This document shows, piece after piece, positions 56,166-64,000 of a DNA stretch of 64,000 bases. This DNA comes from Rebecca billardiae RCC1528 (lineage: Eukaryota; Protista; Haptophyta). The translations under genes and the position numbers were made by a program. The stretch covers positions 1,674,001-1,738,000 of the forward strand of contig OZ251235.1 of NCBI GenBank assembly GCA_965240325.2, in the 5' to 3' direction. The notes beneath the pieces are model-generated. The model was not told the DNA's origin and ran no database searches. It was given only the letters and a program-made list of their open reading frames with translations. Positions within the stretch are counted from its first letter, which is position 1, and each line of letters opens with the position of its first letter.

Positions 56166-57598
56166 CGCCAACGTCGTCATCTCCTTCGTCAGCAAAGACA
56201 ATATGAGGCCCTCAGGCCATGCTCAAGCACACACTCGCGCCATCGGCATCTTGGAGTGAGCTGCTCGCTGGCGCCCAACCAGTGCCCTGTGTCGACTGCC
56301 TGCTGGCAGTGAGAGAGCCACCCTTGCGGTGGTAGTGCATAGCCAGCACTGGTGTCAGCTCCTGCTGGGGCCAGTGGTGAGCACCCTCAGCTGCTTGCCT
56401 GGTAGTCAGGGTGGGTGGGTGGGAGGATTTGCCACAATGAATGCCCTTTGCTGCTGCGGCGCTGCGTGCCGCCATTTGCGGCAACCTCGTGCCTGCTGCT
56501 TGGGGCGATAATCGCTGAGCTCTGGGCTCTGAGTCCTGCTGCTCCGGATTCTGCGGCTGGATTTGCACAGCGCTTGCGTCTCCAGTACATTGCGGACCCC
56601 TTGTGAGCTTCGCGCCAGACCCACCAAACCAACTGCACAACACAAGCGGTCCTTGTTCCTTGTTCGCCGCATGATTGTAGTATGTTATGCCCACTGCTAC
56701 GCAGTCACCAGATCGGCGACGTCGTCGACAGTTGGGATACCTCCAAGTGGAGGCCCGAGTGGCTGCAGCCCACTGTGCCACCAGGGTACTTGCGGCTGCG
56801 ACGTGTTTGCCGCGCTGACGTTCCCAATCGTTCCACAGGGGCGTCGGGTGGCTGTGCTTGTAGGGTCGGGGACCGTAATCCGTATCCCAACTGCATGATG
56901 CGCACGGTGGCGGTGTTCGTTTTTCGATTGCTTTGCTGCCTTTGGCTTTGACGACGACGAGGCAGGCGTTGAGCGGCCTCTCGGCTGCTGCAAGGGCCTT
57001 GGCTGCGGCCTACCGGCACTGCCTGTGCTGCCTGGCAGGCCAGTGCGCTGATAGCAACGTAGCGGCCCTGCTGTATACCCAGGTTCCAGCAAGTAAGCGG
57101 CGGTGCAGGCCTGCTGGTCTCCAGCGGCCTGCTCAGGCCTAATTAGCAAGGCAGGCTCTGCCGGCCTTGCCCGTATGCTGCAGTGCCAAGTGGATCTGCC
57201 TGCTGCAGCCAGCGGGCTTGCGCCTTGCTGCTCGGCGGAGCTGCCTCACTGCACGGCGAGCGCCGGACGGACAGCCATGGTCCGCACCGGCTGGGCATCC
57301 ACCCCTTCTGCATGACGATATGCAGGAAATCCGCGTATGCCTTATTGGGCGGCTGATGAATGCACCTTTCGCGTAGTACTGCTAGTGCAAGTACTATTGA
57401 TGCTTAGCAGGAAGTCACACATGCCTGTGTTAGGTGTTGCCTGGCTGCTGCCTGCGGGCACAAGCGGCACCTGCAGCGTGCTAAGCCCTTGCCTCGACGG
57501 CCTGCGGGCCGGAGGACGGTGGAGGACGCTTGCGAGTCCTGGGCAAGGCTCAGGCGGAGCTCTTGCGGGCCGGGTTCTAGGGCCCGGCGGGCCGCAAA

Positions 57599-58036
57599 GA
57601 GCAGCCTCGACGGCCGCAGGCCGGAGGACGGTGGAGCAGAGCAGCCTCGACGGCCGCGGGCCGGAGGACGGTGGAGCAGAGCAGCCTCGACGGCCGCGGG
57701 CCGGAGGACGGTGGAGCAGAGCAGCCTCGACGGCCGCTGGCCGGAGGACGGTGGAGCAGAGCAGCCTCGACGGCCGCTGGCCGGAGGACGGTGGAGCAGA
57801 GCAGCCTCGACGGCCGCGGGCCGGAGGACGGTGGAGCAGAGCAGCCTCGACGGCCGCTGGCCGGAGGACGGTGGAGCAGAGCAGCCTCGACGGCCGCGGG
57901 CCGGAGGACGGTGGAGCAGAGCAGCCTCGCCGGCCACTGGCCGGAGGACGGTGGAGCCGAGCAGCCTCGACGGCCGCGGGCCGGAGGACGGTGGAGCAGA
58001 GCAGCCTCGACGGCCGCTGGCCGGAGGACGATGGAG
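57599..58036 (+). repeat. Tandem array, 11 x 40 bp (GAGCAGCCTCGACGGCCGC[GT]GGCCGGAGGACGGTGGAGCA)
   Basis: Counted directly. It lies between A2 and B2. Confidence 0.95.
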
Positions 58037-58522
58037 GACGTTTGCGAGTCCTGGGCAAGGCTCAAGCGGAGCTCTTGACACGTGCGCGATGACGAAGGCC
58101 TGCGGGCCTTTGGGAGCCTCCCTCGCCGCGCGAGAGGGTCTGAGCAATGCACGAGCGCCTGGCAGCGCTCGGTGCGGCGGCCGTGGGCCGAGAGAGCTGT
58201 TGAGGGGGGGGGCTGCTGCGGGCTGGGCTGCAGCCCCTTCTGCCTGCTGCAGGAAGCCGTGCGGGCTGGGCTGCGGCCCCTTCTGCATGCTGCAGGAAAG
58301 CCGCTCGGGCTGACTGGGCACCTGCCACTTCTGCACGCTGCTGCAGGAAATCACGCATGCCTCAGGATTTGCCACAATGAATGCCCTTTGCTGCTGCGGC
58401 GCTGCGTGCCGCCATTTGCGGCAACCTCGTGCCTGCTGCTTGGGGCGATAATCGCTGAGCTCTGGGCTCTGAGTCCTGCTGCTCCGGATTCTGCGGCTGG
58501 ATTTGCACAGCGCTTGCGTCTC

Positions 58523-58951
58523 CAGTTTACTAAGAATAAGAGACGCACACAGCTCAGGCAGGCGAGATTGACGCCCGCCAACTGTCACCGCCCATGAAGC
58601 CGTCGCCGATGGTAGCGCCGCCGGAAAAATTCGTTCAGCCGTCCGCCTGCGAGGCCTGGATGAGGGCTGCGGCCGCCTCGCGGCGCGCCAGCGCCCGTCG
58701 TCCTCGCCCCACCGTCGTCCACAAAACGTCGTCGTCCGAACTCGCCGACTGGGCGCCGATGCGACAGCGCGCCGACAGGATGAGGATGTAGTAGGGAATG
58801 TAGAGCCCCACTGTCAGTTGGGGAAGGTGTGTATCAAGCGGCATGACTGGGGTAGCTTATCACACAGAAGGCCCGGCCCTCAGGTGATATGTGCCCCAGT
58901 GTGGCGTGTCGGCCTCAAAGCCGGCGGCAGGGTTCTGTGGCCCGGAGCAGG
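58523..58951 (-). mobile_element. ~430-bp 3' fragment of a second LINE-like family (B) inserted in repeat B2
   Basis: Absent from B1 (tccagtacattg). Its terminal ~76 bp are identical to 28830-28906. Confidence 0.8.
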
Positions 58952-59327
58952 GTACATTGCGGACCCCTTGTGAGCTTCGCGCCAGACCCACCAAACCAAC
59001 TGCACAACACATCCGGCGAGCGCGCCACTGGGGCGCGGGCACCCTTGACTCCCTTGCTCAAACCGTCGTCGTCGTGCCGGGCTGCAGCCGCCGCGGCGAA
59101 GCCTCGCATTTGAATTTATTGACGAAATGATTCGCAATAATAACGACAATCGTCGGAAGGCGCGGCGCATCATCGTGATCGGCGCACAACGGGCATGCGC
59201 GGTGTCATCCCAGGAGTGATGACACTAGGGCTCTGTGCGATGACGGACAGATCCACAGATGACCGGCTAGCACGCGGACAAGCTGACGGCCCCGGCTCGC
59301 CGCAGGCCGGCCAAAGGGGCGGTTCGG

Positions 59328-62300
59328 TCACATTGGTGGCGAGGGCCGACGCGGGCCGCCCGACCCCACGCGTCCCGAGCCCGGGCGTCGAGCGCCCGAG
59401 GCTGGCCGGCTGCCTGGCCGGCTGCTGCCGCCGGATGGCTGGCGCTCGACGAGCGGCAGACCGCCCGAGTTCTGCCGCTCGAGCAACTGGCCGGTGTTCT
59501 GCCGCGAGAGCGGGGATGACGGCGTGTAGGTGCTCCCGCGCCGACTCGGCGCCATCGACTGGCGGCGCGACGAGTAGTTGCTGCCGCCCGGCGAGCCGCC
59601 GCTCGCCGCGATGTCGTGCAGCGTGCGCACGGACCGCACGGACTGCCTGCGCGAGGGCGCGGCGGACTGCATCGGCGTCTCGCGCGGCGTCTTGAGCTCG
59701 AACGCCGCGTTCGAGGTGTCGAGCATCGGCGAGCGCGGCCGCGGCGCCGGCCGTGGGGGCGGCGCGGTCGCGAGCTGGCGCGCGCGGTCGAGCAGCGCGT
59801 ACACGCGCCGCCAGTAGCGCTCCGACTGAGGCAGCTCAGAGTACTTGAGGATGTCGTTGTGCGCGCGGTACTTGCGCGCGGGCAGGTGCACGAGCTCGCC
59901 CGTCAGCGCGCGGAACAGCCACCGCCCGAGCCGCGCGCACGTCGGCTGCGCGAACGCGACCTTCTGCGAGGGCGCGGCGTCGTCGCCGGCCGCCGACTCG
60001 CGCTCGGCGTCGCTGGCCGTGTTGGCAAGCGCTTCCGATCGGCGCAGCACGCGAAGCACCTCGTGCCTGCGCAGCTGCAGCATCGGCGGCAGATACGCGA
60101 GCTGCGGCGGCGCCGTGCCCGAGCCCGCCGCCTGCGCCTCCGCGGTCGACCATCGGAAGAGCAGCCGCTCCTCCAGCTGCAGCCGCGCCGTCACGTTCTC
60201 GCGGTAGAGCTTGAGTTGGTTGCGCAGCGCGTTCTCCGACGCGATGCGCTTCGCGCGCGCCTTGAGCCACTGGTTCCGCCTGCGCGCCCACTGCGACTCG
60301 AGCCTCGGCATCACGAAGCGGTGCTTCCACGCGTCCAGGATGGCTGCCTGCTGCCGCAGCGAGTACACCGTCTTGTACACGCGGTACGCGTCCTCGCCCT
60401 GCGCGCCCGCGAAGACGGACAGGCAGATGGCAAGCGTGCGCAGCCGGCGCCACGCCGACCACGCCGCTTGGATCTCGCGCTTCGAGATGCGCCCCTGCGT
60501 GTACTCGAGCCAGCGCGCGAAGATGGCGTGCGGGGACTCGGGGCGCACGCCGTACCGCAGCAGCTCGGAGAAGGCCGAGTAGAGCTTGCGGCGCCTGCGC
60601 GGCGGCGGGCGGCGGAGGCGCGCGAGGGCGAGGGCGAGGGCACGCGGCGTGAGCGGCGGCGGCGCTCCACCAGGCACACCGCGGATCCACCCGCCTTGGG
60701 TGACTGCCGATGGCTTGCTCGGGCGACTGCCGCGCGCGGCGCGCGCGCTCGGCACCTCGGCAGCATGTGCGCGTAGTGCGGCGGGATGAGCTGGTACCGC
60801 TCGTCGATGAAGTAGAGCCACTTGGTGAAGCACTTCCAGCGCAGCTTCATGCGGTAGTAGAGGTGCATGCCGCGGTACAGGTACATCAGCCGGTGGCAGA
60901 TTGTGAGCCAGCGGCGGATGCGGCGCTTGACTGCGAACCGGTGCGCGAGCCGCAGCCGCTGGGTGAGCGCGAGCGCGTCGAAGCACTCGCGCGCAGACTT
61001 CCACACGCGCTGCTCCTCCAGTGCCTGCGCGCGCGCCGTCGCGAAGGGCGAGGGCGCCGCCGCGGCGGCTCAGGCGTCACGCGCGCACAACAGCCCGCGC
61101 GCGCGCGCACGCCCGGGCGCGCCCCCGCCTCTGCCGCTGCACGCGCTGCTGCGCAGTCGCGCGTGGACGTGGCGGGCGCTCGCGCGCACACGCGCCGCGC
61201 CGCTTGCGCACGGGCGCACCCGCGCACGCGTCGCACGCGCACGCCGCGCACGCGCGCCCACCTCGTCCACGCGCCTGTACGTCTCCTTGAGGTACAGGTG
61301 CCGCTCGTCGCGCAGCCGGCGCACACGCTCGCGTTGCTCCCAGATGAGGTCGGAGTCGCCCTCGCGCGCCCACAGCAGAGCGGTCGCCACGTCTCGCTCG
61401 CGCTGCGCGCGGTCCTGCTGCGCGCCCCACGCGCTCTGCTGCCGCTCCGTCGCCTGCGCCGCAAGCAACACGCGCTTGGCGATCACGAGCTGCTTCTCCG
61501 CCACCGCCGCCGCCTTGAGCCGGTCGATTCTGTCGAGGTACGCGTCCGCCACCTGCTCCTTTGAGCGGTCGCCGACGCCCTCGACCGACGAGTCCGAGTC
61601 CGAGTCGGAGGCGTTGGCCGCGTCGGCGGACGCGCCCCCGGGCTCCGCGCCGGACGACGTGTCAGGCTGCGCACCGGCGCCGCCGCCCGCGCCGCCGCCG
61701 CCGCCGCCGAGGCCGCCGCCGCCGCCGCCCGCATTTTCATCGATCATCATCTCGAGCATGGCCATCCGCGCGGCGCGCCGTCGGACGAGGTCGCGCCGCA
61801 TCGTCGCTCGGCGCCGCAGGTGCCGCTGCAGCTCGAGCGACTCCTCGTCGTCGGCCGAGACCGACGCCATCGCGGCGGAGACGGCGGCGGTCAGCTGCTG
61901 CGCCGCGAGTCGGCTCTGCCGCCGCTCCTCCGGCGGCCGGCCGAGCGCATAGGGGTCCTCGCTGTCGGTGCCCACCGCCGCGGCCGCGGCGAGCGCGAGC
62001 TCAGCGTCCTCGGCAGCGGGCGCGCCGGCGGGCGCGTCGGCGTCGGCGTCGGCGGCGGGCGCGTCGGCGTCGGCTCCGGCGGGCGCGCCGTCCGCGTCCG
62101 CGCCGGGCGCCGCCGCGGGCGCGCCCGCCGCCGCGGGCGCGCCCGCCGCGGGCGCGCCACCGTGTGCGCCCTCCTCGCCGTCGCCGCCTTCGGAGGTCGG
62201 GCGCGGCTCGGCGGCGCTTGCCTCGAGGCTGGCCGCCTGCCGCGCGGCGCGCAGCTGCCGCGCGTGCCTGCGCTTGAGGAAGTACCCCTGCGAGGTGATG

Positions 62301-64000
62301 CTCGTCCGGGAGGGCAGCTCGCCATCGCGCACGGCGATGCCTTCGACGACGAACATCGTCCATTGCCGCAGCCGATCCCGGAGCACGCGTCGGAATCCCT
62401 TGCGCGTCGCCCACCGATCCATGCGACACCACTCCGTGTGTGCGCGCATCAGCGCGAGCAGCAGCGGCGCGAGCCGGCGGCGGCGGAGCAGGTTCGCCGC
62501 GCGCTCGTGCTCGCCGCGGAGCAGCTGCGCCTCCACCATCGCCACCGCCCACGACGGCAGCTCGGCCGGCGGCGGCACGCCCGCGGGGCGCGGCAGCTGC
62601 GCCCGCGGGCCGAGTGCCAGGTCTTGCACGGCGCGCTCGCGGCCGGAGGCGCGCGCCAAGGCGTACAGGCGGAGGGCGTCGAAGGGCCACGCGATGCGCG
62701 TGTTGCGCATGCGCACGGCGCGCGGCGTGTCCCACGCCCTGCGCAGCCACGCGCGCTGCGCCGCGTACCACTGCCAGCCGTGCAGCAGCTGCCGAGCAAT
62801 CATGTCCTGCCGACCACGCACCAGCACGCGAGCGAGCCGCTGCGCGTATGCGGAGCCGACGACGGCGGTGCGCCAGCCGCGCACGATGCGGATGAGGAGC
62901 AGCGCGTGCCAGATCGAGCGGAGGTACCGCGCCTTGTCCCGCCGGAACCGCCGCCCGCGCGTGTACCGCCGCCACACGTGGTACGGCCAGAAAACAATTC
63001 GATAATATTCCATCCGCGCGTGGTAGCCGGGTCCCTCGTGTCTCTCGTCGACCGCGTTGGCAATCACCTCGGGGCGCGCGCGGCGGCGGAACATGGCGAG
63101 CTCGCGCTCGCGCGCGGCGGCGCGCGCCTCGGCCTCGGCGGCGGCGGCGCGCTCGGCCTCGAGCGCCGCCGCGCGCTCCGCCGCCGCCGCGCGCTCCGCC
63201 TCCGCGGCCGCGGCCGCGGCCGACGCTTCGGCGTCGTCGCCCTCCTCTGTCGCTGCGGCCGGTGGGCCAGAGGCTCTGGGCGGCGTGCCGGGCGCGTGCG
63301 GCGGCGGCCACGCGGGCGCGGCGTGCGCGTCGGACGCGCCGCTGGCTCTGCGCGCGTCCGCGTCGGCGAGCGCGTCGGGCGGCGCGTGCGCGTGCTCGCC
63401 GCCCGCCGCCCACAGCCGGGAGGCCCCAGAGCCGCCGCCGCGCTCGGCACGCGCGGCCAGGCCCGGCGCGGCGCGCATGCCGCTCACCAGACCTGGCGCC
63501 GCGCCGGCGCTCGCGCCGCGCTCGGCGTGCTGCGCGTGCGGCGGGAAGGCAGGCAGCCGCGCGGGCGGCGCGCCGCTCCCGCCCGCCGCCGCCCCGTCCG
63601 CCCCGCCCGCGCCGTCGGCGAACTGCAGACGCGTCGGCGCTGCGCGGCCGCGCGCGCGCGCGCTGCCGTCGGCCGCGCTCGCAGCGGAGAGCTGAATCGT
63701 CACGTGCGGCCGCACGGGCACGGTGGAGGGGCGCGCGCGCGGCGGCGGCTCGTGCGGCGGCATGCCGAGCGCGGGCGACGCGGCGATCTGCCGCTCGCAC
63801 GTGCGCGCGAGCTCGGGCCACGCCGCGCGCTCGGCGTTGCCGAGCTGGGCGGGCGGCGGCGACGGCGCGCGCGACGGCTGCAGCGAGCCGAGCCGCAGGC
63901 GCGCCGCGTCCTGGGTCACCGGGCGCGGCGGCAGCGGGAGGACGTCGAGCGTGCCCGCGCGCCTGTACTGCGCGATCGGCGTGTTGCGCCCGTCCGCGAC
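59328..64000 (-). CDS. Large multi-exon hypothetical protein with Sfi1-like Trp-spaced helical repeats, 5'-partial
   Basis: Consecutive long ORFs (61070-63919, 60311-61006, 59328-61004) are separated by GC-rich intron-like segments and contain recurring xxWxxY/WR motifs. Confidence 0.55.

Larger units (their letters stand above)
47465..59011 (+). mobile_element. Non-autonomous split-direct-repeat (PAT/Ngaro-like tyrosine-recombinase) retroelement: A1...B1-A2...B2
   Basis: A1 47465-47649 matches A2 56641-56825 (185 bp). B1 56424-56640 matches B2 58364-59007 (217 bp after removing an insert). CACA is present at all three junctions. Confidence 0.82.
46415..59056. mobile_element. Non-autonomous long-TIR DNA transposon (P-like), ~1.1 kb once the nested insert is removed; TSD CTCAAAC
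   Basis: Left arm 46415-46807 is the inverted copy of 47111-47468 plus 59012-59056. Termini CAAGGG...CCCTTG. 7-bp duplication at 46408-46414 and 59057-59063. Confidence 0.88.

Noticed and set aside
57599-58036. CRISPR array
   Set aside because: Head-to-tail 40-bp units without spacers.

Overview
Eukaryotic, very GC-rich nuclear DNA with short GC-rich spliceosomal introns. A flagellated alga or protist such as a haptophyte is likely, but this is inference only. The window holds about 19 tightly packed host genes, including an RCC1-repeat protein, WASHC3/CCDC53, a divergent MDH, CDC37, a secreted PSI/EGF/SPPP protein, a CFAP96-like protein, an alpha-arrestin, a tandem LOV-like protein, a GT/sulfotransferase fusion, a NudC/CS protein, GT47, ATG5 and an F-box-RCC1 protein, plus one solitary 5S rRNA gene. 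Two large mobile regions stand out. (1) 31515-40572 is a non-LTR retrotransposon whose intact 2159-aa ORF2 reads APE-RT-RNase H-CCHC-OTU. It has an 18-copy 25-bp array in the 3' UTR, no poly(A) tail and an apparent CCGG duplication. (2) 46415-59056 is a nest of four elements. A P-like long-TIR element (7-bp TSD) is interrupted at a CACA core by an 11.5-kb apparently non-coding split-direct-repeat (PAT/Ngaro-type) element. That element carries a LINE 3' fragment and a gag-only copia-like element with INVERTED LTRs, each ending in a perfect 45-bp-arm hairpin, flanked by a 5-bp TSD. All family calls come from motif recognition by eye; no searches were run.
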